NCBI GenBank assembly: GCA_963845535.1
Contig: CAWJSK010000012.1
Location: 576,001-640,000, forward strand
Length of the DNA: 64,000 bases
DNA from: an uncultured Spirochaetota bacterium
GTDB taxonomy: Bacteria; Spirochaetota; Spirochaetia; SZUA-6; Fen-1364
Direction of reading: 5' to 3'
Both the position numbers and the translations under genes were made by a program. Shown in pieces: positions 37,416 to 47,082 of this stretch. The notes under the pieces were generated by a model that was not told the DNA's origin, did not search any database, and was given only the letters and a program-made list of their open reading frames with translations. How positions within the stretch are numbered: position 1 is the first letter of the stretch; the number at the start of each line of letters is the position of its first letter.

Positions 37416-40265
37416 TCATGCCCCGCCCGCTGACGGCCCTGCTTCGAGGGCGTTCATGAGCTTTTTCAGGGAGTCGGGCTCCAGGAAAAGGACGAGATGA
37501 CAGACCACGTTTTCCGAGCCGGAGCCGAAGACAACTGCCTCGGTGATCAGGATCTTGTCTCCGGGCTGGTTGAAATGGGCCAGCACCGAGTCGATCACCG
37601 GAAGGCACATATCCACGCTGATCTCGGGGACTCCCGGCGCCACCGTGAGGTTGGTGCTGTCCGCCATGGTATTGATGAAGCTCGCCGCAAGGATGTTTCC
37701 CATTTCGCACATCGCTGACAGGTCGACGCCGGCAAGCTCCTTCGTGGTTCCGACCGGCCGTCCATGCACCAGGTCCTCCATCTCCAGGAGGTTGTCGACC
37801 GGGAGGACGATCAGGATGCCGCCCAGCAGGTCCCCCTGGACCTCGATGTAGATCCCCCCGACGTTGGCTTCCTCCCCGCCCATGGTCTCGGCCACCTCGC
37901 CAATGGAGATGAGCCGGGACTCGGGGAAGCTCACCCGGATCTCCCGGCCCGTGAACTGGGAGAGGGACATCGACGCCTGGATGGCGCTCGTGTTGTTCAC
38001 CATTTCCAAAGGCGTACCCTGGCTGTTGATGACTCTTTGCGCCAGCGCGTCCAGCTCCTTCGCTTCCTCGGCCACGGATTCGGAGCCGGCGCCTGGCTCC
38101 ACGGGCGCCGCGGCGCGGGCGGCCGGCGCGGCGGCGCCATCAAAGGAAGCGGCGTCCACGGGCGTCAGATCGGCAACGGAAGCCGCCGGAGGCTGCGGGG
38201 CCGTCCCCGGCCTGTCCGCCGCGCGGGGCAAAGGCGCTGACGGGCGCGCGTCCTCGTCCCTGGCTTCGATGTCGACGCCTCCGCGGTGGAAGACCTTTCC
38301 GTTCCCTCCGGCCCCGTGATAGTGCTGGCTGACGAGGGTTTGGACGTCGACAATGAGCGCAATCTTCCCGTTTCCCAGAATGGAGGCGCCGATCAAGCCG
38401 TCAATTTCCCTGTAGTGGCGGCTCAAGCTCTTGATGACGATTTCCCTCGTGCCGAGGATCTTCTCCACCTCCAGGCCAATCTTGCGGCCTTCGAAGTCCA
38501 CCACAACCACGGGCATGCCTTCGATGGCGGGCGCCTGCTCCGCCTCCGTGGCGTCCTTGAGGGCGTTGCCCAGGTGAACGAGCACCAGGACCTCTTCCCT
38601 CACTAATATGACCCGCCTCTGGCCGACGCTCTTCAGGTCAGCCAGGTGGATCTTCAGGATCTCCCGCACCGAAGAGAGCGGGATGGCGAATGTGGCGCCG
38701 TTCACCTCCACGAGCACCGCGGTGATGATGGCCATGGTGAGCGGAAGGGTGATCGTGATGGTAGTGCCGGCGCGCGGTGTCGAGCGCACGCGCAGGCTCC
38801 CGCTCATTTCCTCCACCGCGGCTTTCACGGCGTCCATGCCGACGCCGCGCCCCGAGATATCGGAGATGCGCTCCGCCGTGCTGAACCCCGGGAGGAAAAT
38901 GAACCCCAGGATCCTTTCCGTGCTGGCCCGCGGGGCCTCATCGGCGGTGAGGAGCCCTTTCTCGAGCGCCTTGTTGAGGATGGCGGCCCTGTCGAGCCCG
39001 CGGCCGTCATCGGAGACCTCGATGCAGATGTGGTCTCCGTCCTGGTAGGCGCCCAGGCGTACGTGGCCTTCCCGGCTCTTGCCGGCCGCGACGCGCTCCT
39101 CGGGAGGCTCGATCCCGTGGTCCACCGCGTTGCGAATGAGATGCACGAGAGGCTCGCCAATACGATCGATCACCTTCTTGTCGATCTCCGTTTCCTCACC
39201 GAAGATCTCCAGGGCCACCACCTTTCGGCTGGCCTTGGAGAGGTCCCGCACCACCCTGTTGAACCTGTTGAAGACGTTGGCCACGGGGAGCATCCGCGCC
39301 TTCATGATGCCTTCCTGCAGGTCCCGGGTGATGGCCGCCAACGCCTCGGTCTTCTGCTCCAGGTCGTAGATGGCGGGGGTCTTGCCGAACAGCTCGCGCA
39401 TCTGCTGGCTGAGGGCCACGAACCCCGAATTATGGATGACGAGCTCGCCCACGAGGTTGAGGAGCGTGTCGAGCTTGGAGACGGAAACGCGCACCACCTC
39501 GTCGATGTGGGTCGACCTTCCGACCCTCTCGACGGCCCCGGAGGCCGGCTCCTCCACTGCCGGCCCCGCGGCCCCGGGGGCAACGCTCACCGTCACCTGG
39601 TCCACGCTGATGGAAGCGGGAATGGCGGACGGGTCGACGGCCGTTTCCAGCGTGACCACGTACGTGAAGGCTCCCGCGCTGTCCCTGAGCGAGTCGGGGG
39701 AAGGATCCGCGGTCAGGATCTTCCCCAGGCGCTCGAGCCTGCTCCTTACAAGGAAAGATCTGAGATAGGCTTCCCGGGCGGCGCCCTCGATATGGATGGA
39801 AAGCCGGCATGCGGCGAGCGGACCGGACGGAGGCGTCGGTGAGACGGGAGAGGGAGCGGATTGCCGCTGGGCAACCGGTGCGCCTTCCGCCGGTCGGATA
39901 GCGGCCAGCCGGCCAAGGAAGTCCATCGTGTCCACCCCGGCGTCCTTGCCCTCGGTGAACGCGTCGATCATGGACCTGCACAGGTCGAGTCCCTCGAAAA
40001 GGAAGGAGGCGGCCGTGGAGTCGAAGGTGTTGGCCTCCCGCACCTGCTGGAGGGACGACTCCAAGTCGTGGGCCAGCCGCGCCAGCTCGTCGTAGCCGAT
40101 GAACCCCGCCGATCCCTTCATCGTATGGATGGCGCGGAACATGCGGTTTATCTGCTCGGCGTCCGACGGGTTTTTTTCCAGCGCGAGGAGGCTTTCCTCC
40201 CACTCCCGGAGCTGGTCGGCGGCCTCTTCGCAGAATATCGTTCTGTACTCCGCCTTCACTTCCAT
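37416..40265 (-). CDS. cheA: chemotaxis kinase CheA fused to a C-terminal CheC-like domain
   Basis: Hpt (HTMKGSA), dimerisation, HATPase (HLIRNAVDHG, SGRGVGMD), CheW domain, then a CheC-like domain (EMGNILAASF...P). Confidence 0.92.
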   Translation of the reverse strand: MEVKAEYRTIFCEEAADQLREWEESLLALEKNPSDAEQINRMFRAIHTMKGSAGFIGYDELARLAHDLESSLQQVREANTFDSTAASFLFEGLDLCRSMIDAFTEGKDAGVDTMDFLGRLAAIRPAEGAPVAQRQSAPSPVSPTPPSGPLAACRLSIHIEGAAREAYLRSFLVRSRLERLGKILTADPSPDSLRDSAGAFTYVVTLETAVDPSAIPASISVDQVTVSVAPGAAGPAVEEPASGAVERVGRSTHIDEVVRVSVSKLDTLLNLVGELVIHNSGFVALSQQMRELFGKTPAIYDLEQKTEALAAITRDLQEGIMKARMLPVANVFNRFNRVVRDLSKASRKVVALEIFGEETEIDKKVIDRIGEPLVHLIRNAVDHGIEPPEERVAAGKSREGHVRLGAYQDGDHICIEVSDDGRGLDRAAILNKALEKGLLTADEAPRASTERILGFIFLPGFSTAERISDISGRGVGMDAVKAAVEEMSGSLRVRSTPRAGTTITITLPLTMAIITAVLVEVNGATFAIPLSSVREILKIHLADLKSVGQRRVILVREEVLVLVHLGNALKDATEAEQAPAIEGMPVVVVDFEGRKIGLEVEKILGTREIVIKSLSRHYREIDGLIGASILGNGKIALIVDVQTLVSQHYHGAGGNGKVFHRGGVDIEARDEDARPSAPLPRAADRPGTAPQPPAASVADLTPVDAASFDGAAAPAARAAAPVEPGAGSESVAEEAKELDALAQRVINSQGTPLEMVNNTSAIQASMSLSQFTGREIRVSFPESRLISIGEVAETMGGEEANVGGIYIEVQGDLLGGILIVLPVDNLLEMEDLVHGRPVGTTKELAGVDLSAMCEMGNILAASFINTMADSTNLTVAPGVPEISVDMCLPVIDSVLAHFNQPGDKILITEAVVFGSGSENVVCHLVLFLEPDSLKKLMNALEAGPSAGGA

Positions 40266-40285
40266 GAATTATCCTCCCCTGGCCC

Positions 40286-40816
40286 TTACGATTCCGTCAG
40301 CACGTCCTCGAACGCGTCCGTCTCGTTGAGCGTCTCCTTCTCCTCCACGGCAATGCTGATCTCGATGGGTCCGTATTGCGTGATCAGCCCGAGGACGAGG
40401 GCCGGCTTGGGCACAAGATGGATGCTGAGGTTGTCCCCTGCCGCGATGGCCGGCGTGGTGATGTTGAGGACCTGGTCCTGCTTCTGGTTGAGGAGCGCGG
40501 TAGCGTTGCCCGTGATCATGTTCGCCACTTCCCCCAGGGAATCGAGGAACATGATCTTCTTCTGCTGCGGGGACTTGCCTTCCAGGAGCTTGTCCACGAG
40601 CCTTTCCGCGAGCTTGCCATCCAGGCTGTAGACGATCTGGCCGGTGAGGAACCCGTAGATCCCGATGATGATCGACACGCCGAAAGACGGCTCCACCTTC
40701 GGCTTGTAGGAGAGATGTCCCCTGCGCACCTCGATGCCCGTGATCTGGTTAACGACCTTCATGGCCGCTTCCACGAAAGGATTGACGTGCTTCGCGTTGA
40801 TTTTCATCTGCGGCAT
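40286..40816 (-). CDS. cheX: CheY-P phosphatase CheX
   Basis: HVNPFVEAA, G-x-x-x-G-x-x-x-Y, LGEVANMITGNA, ITTP. Confidence 0.9.
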   Translation of the reverse strand: MPQMKINAKHVNPFVEAAMKVVNQITGIEVRRGHLSYKPKVEPSFGVSIIIGIYGFLTGQIVYSLDGKLAERLVDKLLEGKSPQQKKIMFLDSLGEVANMITGNATALLNQKQDQVLNITTPAIAAGDNLSIHLVPKPALVLGLITQYGPIEISIAVEEKETLNETDAFEDVLTES

Positions 40817-40821
40817 CCTTT

Positions 40822-41184
40822 CTAGACCAGCGCTTTCTCTACGGCCGACAGGATCCGCTCCGCGGTGAAAGGCTTTACCACGAAGTCCCGAACGCCGAGT
40901 GCAATTGAGTCCAGGAGCATCTTCTCCTGCCCCAGGGCGGTGACCATCACGATTCTCGCGTTGGGGTCCGCCGCAAGGATCTCACGGGCCGCCTGCAGGC
41001 CGTCCTTCACCTTCATGGTGATGTCCATGGTTACAAGGTCGGGCTTCAGTTGCTGGTATTTCTGGACCGCCTCGGCGCCGTTTGTCGCTTCCCCGCAGAT
41101 TTGAAACCCTCGGGGCGTCAACGTGTCTTTGACGATCATGCGCATGAAGTTCGCATCATCGACAACAAGCACTCTTTTCGCCAT
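40822..41184 (-). CDS. cheY: chemotaxis response regulator CheY
   Basis: VVDDANFMR, PDLVTMDITM, VKPF; single REC domain heading the che operon. Confidence 0.9.
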   Translation of the reverse strand: MAKRVLVVDDANFMRMIVKDTLTPRGFQICGEATNGAEAVQKYQQLKPDLVTMDITMKVKDGLQAAREILAADPNARIVMVTALGQEKMLLDSIALGVRDFVVKPFTAERILSAVEKALV

Positions 41185-41227
41185 TTTTCCATCCTCCCTC
41201 GTGCTCAAAAGTGTACGGACTTTCAGT

Positions 41228-41244
41228 TGCAAACGGCGTGCCAA
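41228..41244 (-). promoter_or_regulatory. sigma54 (-24/-12) promoter of the che operon
   Basis: TTGGCACGCCGTTTGCA matches the consensus TGGCAC-N5-TTGCA, about 45 bp upstream of cheY. Confidence 0.8.
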
Positions 41245-41372
41245 TCCCGATATCGGCGACGCCCGTCAATTCGCGTGAAATAAACCCAAAACGCCCGGAA
41301 AAAGGTACTTTTCAGGCCACATGGATCAGAAAATCGTTTCCCGGTGCCGAAACTCCGAGCTGATGTATCGAA

Positions 41373-41413
41373 TTGGAACAGGCGTTCCAAACGGCTGGAA
41401 CAGCCCTGGAACA
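41373..41413. promoter_or_regulatory. putative upstream activator sites
   Basis: Inverted repeat TTGGAAC-AGGC-GTTCCAA plus two further TGGAACA copies, 130-170 bp upstream of the sigma54 box. Confidence 0.45.
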
Positions 41414-41453
41414 TCACAAAGCTCGCGCGAAGCGCGATAGAAGTGCCATCGCC

Positions 41454-42854
41454 CTACCCGCTCTTCGGCAGAGCAATCCCATACTTTTTCATTTTCCTCC
41501 ATAGAGTGTTTCTGCCCATCCCGAGGATCTTCGCGGCCTTCGTCTGGTTGCCGTTTCCCTGCTGGAGGGCGCGCACGATGGCTTCCCGTTCCTGCAGCTC
41601 CCGCTCCGGAGCCGCGGGAGCGCTTGCCGGCGCTGTTTCTCCTGCCGGGGAAGCCGCCCTGCCAAGGGAAAACAGACGGTCGAACTCGGAGGCGGAGACG
41701 TGCGACGAAGAGGAGAACGTCATGGCGCGCGCAATCACGTTCTCCAGCTCCCTCACGTTGCCCGGCCACGGATACCTCATCATGGACTCCATGGAGGCCG
41801 GGTCGAGGGTCGGGACTTCTTTCGAGAGCTTCGCGCTGTGCACGGCCATGAAGTGGCGGCAGAGAGGCTCGATGTCCTCCTTGCGTTCGCGCAGCGGGGG
41901 GATGGAAATGGGGATGACCGCCAGGCGATAGAAGAGGTCCTCCCGGAAGGCGCCCGAACGGATCAGCGCGGCCAGGTCCTTGTTGGTGGAGGCAATGATC
42001 CGCACGTCGACTTTTCGGACGGAGGCGCTCCCGACCCGTCGGACTTCTCCTTCCTGCAACACCCTCAGCAGCTTGGCTTGCAGCGCGGCCGGCATGTCTC
42101 CGATCTCATCCAGGAGCAGCGTCCCGCCGTCTGCCTCCTCGAAGAGGCCTTTCTTCTCCGCGGTTGCCCCCGTGAATGCCCCCTTGGCATGGCCAAAGAG
42201 CTCGCTTTCAAGGAGCGTTTCCGGGAGCGCCGCACAGTTCAGCGCAATGAAGGGCCGGGCCGCCCGCGGCCCGCGGTAATGGATGGCACGAGCCACCAGC
42301 TCCTTGCCGGTGCCGCTCTCACCCTGGATGAGCACGCTGGAATCCGAGGTCCGCACGATGTTCACCATCTCCAGGACCTTGCGCATCCCGGGGCTTGCAG
42401 CCACGATGTTCTCCGGTGCATAGCGCCCCTCCACGGCGTTGCGAAGCTCGCGGACCTCCCGCTTGAGGTTGCGCCGCTCCATGGCGCGCTCCACGGCGAG
42501 GAGCAGCTTCTGCGTGGACAGCGGCTTGGTGAGGTAGTCGAAGGCGCCGCCCTTGACGGCTTCCACGGCGGAGTCGATGGTCCCGTACGCCGTGATGAGA
42601 AGGACCTCCGGCAGGTAGGGCCGGGCCCGGGCAGCCTGCAGGACGTCCAGGCCGCTGCCGTCCGGCAGCATCAGGTCGGTGAGGACCACCTCGAACTCCC
42701 GCTCATACAGGGTCTGGCCGGCTGCGGTCACGGTGGGCGCCTCCTCGACGTCGTAGTGGTTCGCCTCCAGGAGATCACGCATGAACTTCCGAATGATCTC
42801 GTCGTCGTCGACAACCAGCACCCTGTGTACTCCCGGCATGATGTGGGGCTTCAC
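41454..42854 (-). CDS. NtrC-family sigma54-dependent response regulator
   Basis: REC, GESGTGKE, GAFTGA, LLLDEIGD, FREDLFYRL, Fis HTH. Confidence 0.95.
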   Translation of the reverse strand: MKPHIMPGVHRVLVVDDDEIIRKFMRDLLEANHYDVEEAPTVTAAGQTLYEREFEVVLTDLMLPDGSGLDVLQAARARPYLPEVLLITAYGTIDSAVEAVKGGAFDYLTKPLSTQKLLLAVERAMERRNLKREVRELRNAVEGRYAPENIVAASPGMRKVLEMVNIVRTSDSSVLIQGESGTGKELVARAIHYRGPRAARPFIALNCAALPETLLESELFGHAKGAFTGATAEKKGLFEEADGGTLLLDEIGDMPAALQAKLLRVLQEGEVRRVGSASVRKVDVRIIASTNKDLAALIRSGAFREDLFYRLAVIPISIPPLRERKEDIEPLCRHFMAVHSAKLSKEVPTLDPASMESMMRYPWPGNVRELENVIARAMTFSSSSHVSASEFDRLFSLGRAASPAGETAPASAPAAPERELQEREAIVRALQQGNGNQTKAAKILGMGRNTLWRKMKKYGIALPKSG

Positions 42855-43234
42855 TCCTTTCTGGGAGACGCGTGGCGGATATGGCCTGCTATTTCGGCCA
42901 GGAAAGTTCGCGTGGACAGCGGCTTGGGAATGAAACCGTCGCAGCCGGCGCGCGCCGCTCTTTCAGCGTCCTCTTTACGCGCCTGCGCGGTGAGGGCAAC
43001 CACGGGAACGTGCCGGGTGGCGTCGCGCGTTTTCAGGATGCGCGTCGCTTCCAGCCCGTCCATGCCGGGCAGGGCGATATCCATCAGGATGAGGTCCGGC
43101 GGATGCGCGGCGGCAATGGCAATCCCCGTCTCCGCGCTGGATGAGGTGCTCACTTCGTAACCTTCCCTTTCCAGGAGAATCACGATGAGGTTCGTGATGA
43201 GCTGGTCGTCCTCGATCAGGAGAATCCTTTTCAT
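42851..43234 (-). CDS. single-domain response regulator (DivK-like)
   Basis: IEDD, LMDIALPGMDG, ALTAQA, GCDGFIPKP. Confidence 0.88.
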   Translation of the reverse strand: MKRILLIEDDQLITNLIVILLEREGYEVSTSSSAETGIAIAAAHPPDLILMDIALPGMDGLEATRILKTRDATRHVPVVALTAQARKEDAERAARAGCDGFIPKPLSTRTFLAEIAGHIRHASPRKE

Positions 43235-43334
43235 GGCAGGCGCCGCAATCATAGTATGCATCAAGGCACTTGCAAATGCAAAAAGTTTCTCCCTGCGGGC
43301 AAAAGGTGCTACCTTCGAGGCAAGGAGCGCGCAG

Positions 43335-43871
43335 ATGAAACGGATCGTTGCTTTGGTTGATGAGATCTACGAAGACCTGGAGCTCTGGTATCCCAGGATC
43401 CGGCTGGAAGAGGAGGGCTGGAAGGTCGTCGTTGCAGGGCCGGAAAAAGGCCGGGAGTACCGCGGCAAACATGGCTACCCGTGCAGGGCCGATGCCGCGA
43501 TAGACGATATAGAAACCTCGGAGTTCGACGCGCTGCTTGTGCCGGGCGGTTTTGCCCCTGACAAGCTGCGGCGCCTGGAGCACGTCAAAGCCCTCGTGCG
43601 GCAGTTCGACGATGAAGGCAAGCTGATTGCCTTCATCTGTCACGCCGGCTGGGTCCTCATCTCCGCTGGCATCCTGCGAGGGCGGCGCGCCACGAGCACC
43701 GTTGGGATCCGCGACGACATGCTGAACGCGGGGGCGGTCTGGGTGGATGAGCCCGTGGTCGTGGACGGGAACCTCGTCAGCTCGCGCACCCCTGCGGACC
43801 TGGCGGGGTTTGCCAGGGGAATGGTGGAGTGGCTGAAGCAGGGTGGCGCGGTGGCCGCCGTGGAGGCGTAA
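43335..43871 (+). CDS. PfpI/DJ-1 family protein
   Basis: YEDLELWYP, VPGG, ICHAG, SSRTPADL. Confidence 0.92.
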   Translation: MKRIVALVDEIYEDLELWYPRIRLEEEGWKVVVAGPEKGREYRGKHGYPCRADAAIDDIETSEFDALLVPGGFAPDKLRRLEHVKALVRQFDDEGKLIAFICHAGWVLISAGILRGRRATSTVGIRDDMLNAGAVWVDEPVVVDGNLVSSRTPADLAGFARGMVEWLKQGGAVAAVEA

Positions 43872-43902
43872 ATCACCCAGGCGCTGCTGCAACGCCGAAG
43901 TC

Positions 43903-44170
43903 TTAAGTTGATCGCAAGGGGGGGAAGAGGGTCTGCCGGGAGGGTTCGGAGGGCAGGCAAGGACAGGTCCTCACAAAGTCATCTTTTTGCACGTTACCGG
44001 ATGTGTTCAGCACAAGCAGGGCAGGGAAGGGACCTTTCCCGTCGGGCAAAACCAACTCTGCCGTGACGTTTTTTTGCGTCCCGAGACTGGTTAGGGTCTC
44101 GTTTCCACGGCCCACACCGGCAAACAGGCAAGCGCCTAAAGAGGCCAACAAAATTCGCCGCCTTTCGCAT
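43903..44170 (-). pseudogene. possible N-terminal fragment of a secreted hydrolase (dienelactone-hydrolase-like)
   Basis: VLPDGKGPFPALLVL-x-TSG motif after a signal-like stretch; appears truncated and frameshifted. Confidence 0.3.
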
Positions 44171-44304
44171 CGAACACCTCCGCGCGTTCGAAAACGTACG
44201 CCGAAGGCTTCTTATCGGCTCTCGTCTGCGCTTCACACTCCCTTTGGACAGATTCAGCGCGGAGTTGCGGCAGACATGCCGGCTTTTTGTCAAGATTTTT
44301 GTTC

Positions 44305-44333
44305 TTGACACCAGTTACCATTTATGGTAACTT
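44305..44333 (+). promoter_or_regulatory. TA operon promoter with overlapping palindromic operator
   Basis: TTGACA at 44305; palindrome AGTTACCAT-TT-ATGGTAACT (44313-44332) overlaps the -10 region. Confidence 0.65.
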
Positions 44334-44372
44334 CCTAAACGATGGCATTCCGGGTGAATGTGAAGAAAAAAG

Positions 44373-45697
44373 GGCGCTTCCGGGTTTCCTATGGGTCAAG
44401 ACAGTAGAATAATGTAGTCTGATTTCATGCAAGACATCGAACTGTACACGAAACTGCTGGGAATACGGGCTCCCTGGAGCGTTACGGGCATTCAGGTCGG
44501 CCTGAAAGATCGTTCAGTGACAATCAGCGTCGGCTACGACGAGTCGGTTCCTGTCGCATGTCCCGTTTGTGGTGGGCAAGCCTCGATCTACGACCATCAG
44601 AAGCGTCGGTGGCGGCACCTTGATACCATGCAGTTCAGGACAATCATCGAATGCGAGGTACCACGCGTTTTCTGTGAGGGCCACGGTGTGAAACAGCTGC
44701 CCGTTGCATGGGCGGAAGTCAAAGGTCATTTCACTGCCCTTTTTGAGGCACTGGTCATCAGTTGGCTCAAGGAAAGCTCGATTTCGGGAGTTGCCCAGCT
44801 ACTGAAGCTCAGTTGGGACGAGGTTGCAGGTATTCAAGAGCGTGCCGTGAAAAGAGGCCTTGAACGCAGGCGGAAGCAACCGCTGAAGGATATCGGCATC
44901 GATGAAACGTCATTCCAGAAGCGCCACGAGTACGTCACGGTGATCTTGGATCGAAACAGGGATATCGTGTTGGACGTGCTGGATGACCGAAAGGCGGAGA
45001 GCCTTGAGAATTGGCTGCGGGACAGGCCGGCACATCATTTGACCTCGATGCAGACGGTGACGATGGACATGTGGGATCCGTTCATAAAGGCGGTAAAGGC
45101 CAGCATATCTGAGGCCGAGGAGAAGATCTGCTTCGATCGCTTTCATGTGGCCCAGCACTTTGGTAAGGCGTTGGACAAAGTGCGCGCCCAGGAGCACCGA
45201 CAGATTTTAGCCGCAGAGGGGGAAAGCCCGCTGAGCGGAACAAAATACGATTGGCAGAGAAACTCCGCTCAAACGGACAACAGAGCACGTCGGGAGTTTA
45301 TGTCGTTGTCACGCATGAATCTGAAAACGGCACGCGCATGGGCGATCAAGGAGACTGCCGCTCAGTTGTGGCACTATATCTACCGTACGGCAGCAGAGGA
45401 GGCTTGGAGAAAGCTCCTTGCCTGGATTGCACGCTGCAGACTGCAAGCGGTCAAAAAAGTCGGTAGAATGGTGCGTCAGTACCTTTGGGGAATCCTTAAC
45501 GCGATTGTTGCAGGGGTTTCAAACGCGATGGCCGAAGCGAAAAACGCACGCATTCAACGCATTAAGAATATGGCCTGTGGGTTTCGCAATCGTAAACGTT
45601 TCAGGATGGCGATCCTTTTCCACCTGGGCGGCCTGAACCTGATGCCGAAAACTCTGAAATACTTCGGAATCTAGCCCACACGGATGCCGGAAGCGCC
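44373..45697 (+). mobile_element. ISL3-family insertion sequence
   Basis: Terminal inverted repeats GGCGCTTCCGG... (18/24 match); 8-bp target duplication GAAAAAAG at 44365-44372 and 45698-45705. Confidence 0.93.
44427..45674 (+). CDS. ISL3 transposase
   Basis: Zinc finger CPVCG...RRWRHLD...C-x-x-HG, IGIDETS, TMDMW, FDRFHV, GFRN. Confidence 0.95.
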   Translation: MQDIELYTKLLGIRAPWSVTGIQVGLKDRSVTISVGYDESVPVACPVCGGQASIYDHQKRRWRHLDTMQFRTIIECEVPRVFCEGHGVKQLPVAWAEVKGHFTALFEALVISWLKESSISGVAQLLKLSWDEVAGIQERAVKRGLERRRKQPLKDIGIDETSFQKRHEYVTVILDRNRDIVLDVLDDRKAESLENWLRDRPAHHLTSMQTVTMDMWDPFIKAVKASISEAEEKICFDRFHVAQHFGKALDKVRAQEHRQILAAEGESPLSGTKYDWQRNSAQTDNRARREFMSLSRMNLKTARAWAIKETAAQLWHYIYRTAAEEAWRKLLAWIARCRLQAVKKVGRMVRQYLWGILNAIVAGVSNAMAEAKNARIQRIKNMACGFRNRKRFRMAILFHLGGLNLMPKTLKYFGI

Positions 45698-45909
45698 GAA
45701 AAAAGTTGCAAAGTGCTTGGGCGATCTCCCGGAGGACGTCCAAGACAAGTTATGGACTCTCATTGGAGCCATGCAGCGCCTTGGACCCGTGCGCGGCGAT
45801 TGGCCTAACTATTCAAAGCTTGGGGATGATGAGCACCACTGCCATCTGAGCCCCAAGTGGGTTGTTTGTTGGCGTTCAGAACAAAGAACGTCAAGAATTG
45901 AGGTGTATT

Positions 45910-46266
45910 ATGTTGGTAGCCGTGAGGAAGCCCCATATTAAGGTTTCTGTGAACGGAATCGGCGCAGCGCTCGTTATTAGGGAAATTCTGGCAAAGTACC
46001 CGAAGGCCGAAGTCACTACGGAAGATGAAGCTGTCGATATTACTACCACCGATTGGTGGAAGAAGATGCAGTCTACCTCCCACACGGGTACTGTGCTGCG
46101 GACTTACCGCGACAACGCGGGCCTGACTCTTGACCGGCTCTCTAAGCGGAGCGGGATTGCAAAGTCCCATCTCTCTGACATGGAGAACGGCAAGCGGGCA
46201 ATCGGAACGCGCACGGCGAAGAAGCTCTCGACGGCGCTCAAGGTCGATTACCGCCTTTTCTTGTAG
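45910..46266 (+). CDS. XRE-HTH antitoxin (HigA-like)
   Basis: RDNAGLT...SHLSDMENGKRAIG HTH; overlaps the toxin 3' end; GAGG RBS. Confidence 0.85.
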   Translation: MLVAVRKPHIKVSVNGIGAALVIREILAKYPKAEVTTEDEAVDITTTDWWKKMQSTSHTGTVLRTYRDNAGLTLDRLSKRSGIAKSHLSDMENGKRAIGTRTAKKLSTALKVDYRLFL

Positions 46267-46645
46267 CCAAAAACTTAATACTCGAACAGGGGCGCAGGAC
46301 AAGCACTTGCCGGTCAGTAAATAGCCCAGTATACCCCCATACCCTGGAACTGCTTGAGGCAGTAACGGACGAATACTGAAGAGTCAGGTTCGGGTCTACG
46401 CCGATAACCCGCGTTGTCATGCCGTTGGAATCAATCGTGATTAGCGAGCTGGCGTTTGACCCCGCACCGCGCTGAAAATATGTGTCCGACGTGGTTCCAT
46501 CCGTCCTTACAACATGCTGGACGATGACTCCGTGGCTGGAGGATATGCTTCCCACCCCACTGGTTACACCGGTAATGCCTCCAGAGGTGTCAGGCTCAAC
46601 GTAAGGGTTTCCACTGCTGTCTACCCGAACATATACCTGCTTCAT
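46238..46645 (-). CDS. hypothetical Ser/Gly/Thr-rich protein (uncertain)
   Basis: Open frame MKQVYVRVDSSG... in a lower-GC patch; no recognisable family. Confidence 0.25.
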   Translation of the reverse strand: MKQVYVRVDSSGNPYVEPDTSGGITGVTSGVGSISSSHGVIVQHVVRTDGTTSDTYFQRGAGSNASSLITIDSNGMTTRVIGVDPNLTLQYSSVTASSSSRVWGYTGLFTDRQVLVLRPCSSIKFLATRKGGNRP

Positions 46646-47082
46646 ATGCCTTGAATCACAGACCGGCAATCACAACTCTTTGCACCTCTCATTTTACCGT
46701 CCTCGCTTCTTTCGAACACTTGGTGAAGCCTCAAGGAACCGAAACGCGCATAAGAATAGGAACTACTACCCGGCTCCTCTTTGCGGCAAACCGAGTGCTG
46801 TGGAGTATCCCGACGATGGTCACAGCAAGAAACGGATTGGCCGGCTTCCTGTTCTTTAGCGATTTTCAAAGCCATGGATTCAACAGAAGACTTCATGGAG
46901 CAGGGTGCGGACGCCGGTCCTGTGTCGACAAGAGTAGCAACCTCTACGGATCCGGCGGCATGAGCGGTGGGGCACGAATCAGGTCCTTGACTGAACAATA
47001 GCGAACCACTACCGAGTGTATTGCTGCAGTGCAATTCCGGCCGCCGTTGGTGTTCAAATGTTCAACCTTAAGGAGACACATC

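Larger units (their letters stand above)
44342..45941 (+). pseudogene. RelE/HigB-like toxin interrupted by ISL3
   Basis: Removing the IS and one TSD copy gives in-frame MAFRVNVKKKVAKCLGDLPEDVQ...WPNYSKL...HCHL...WVVCW...IEVYYVGSREEAPY. Confidence 0.8.
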
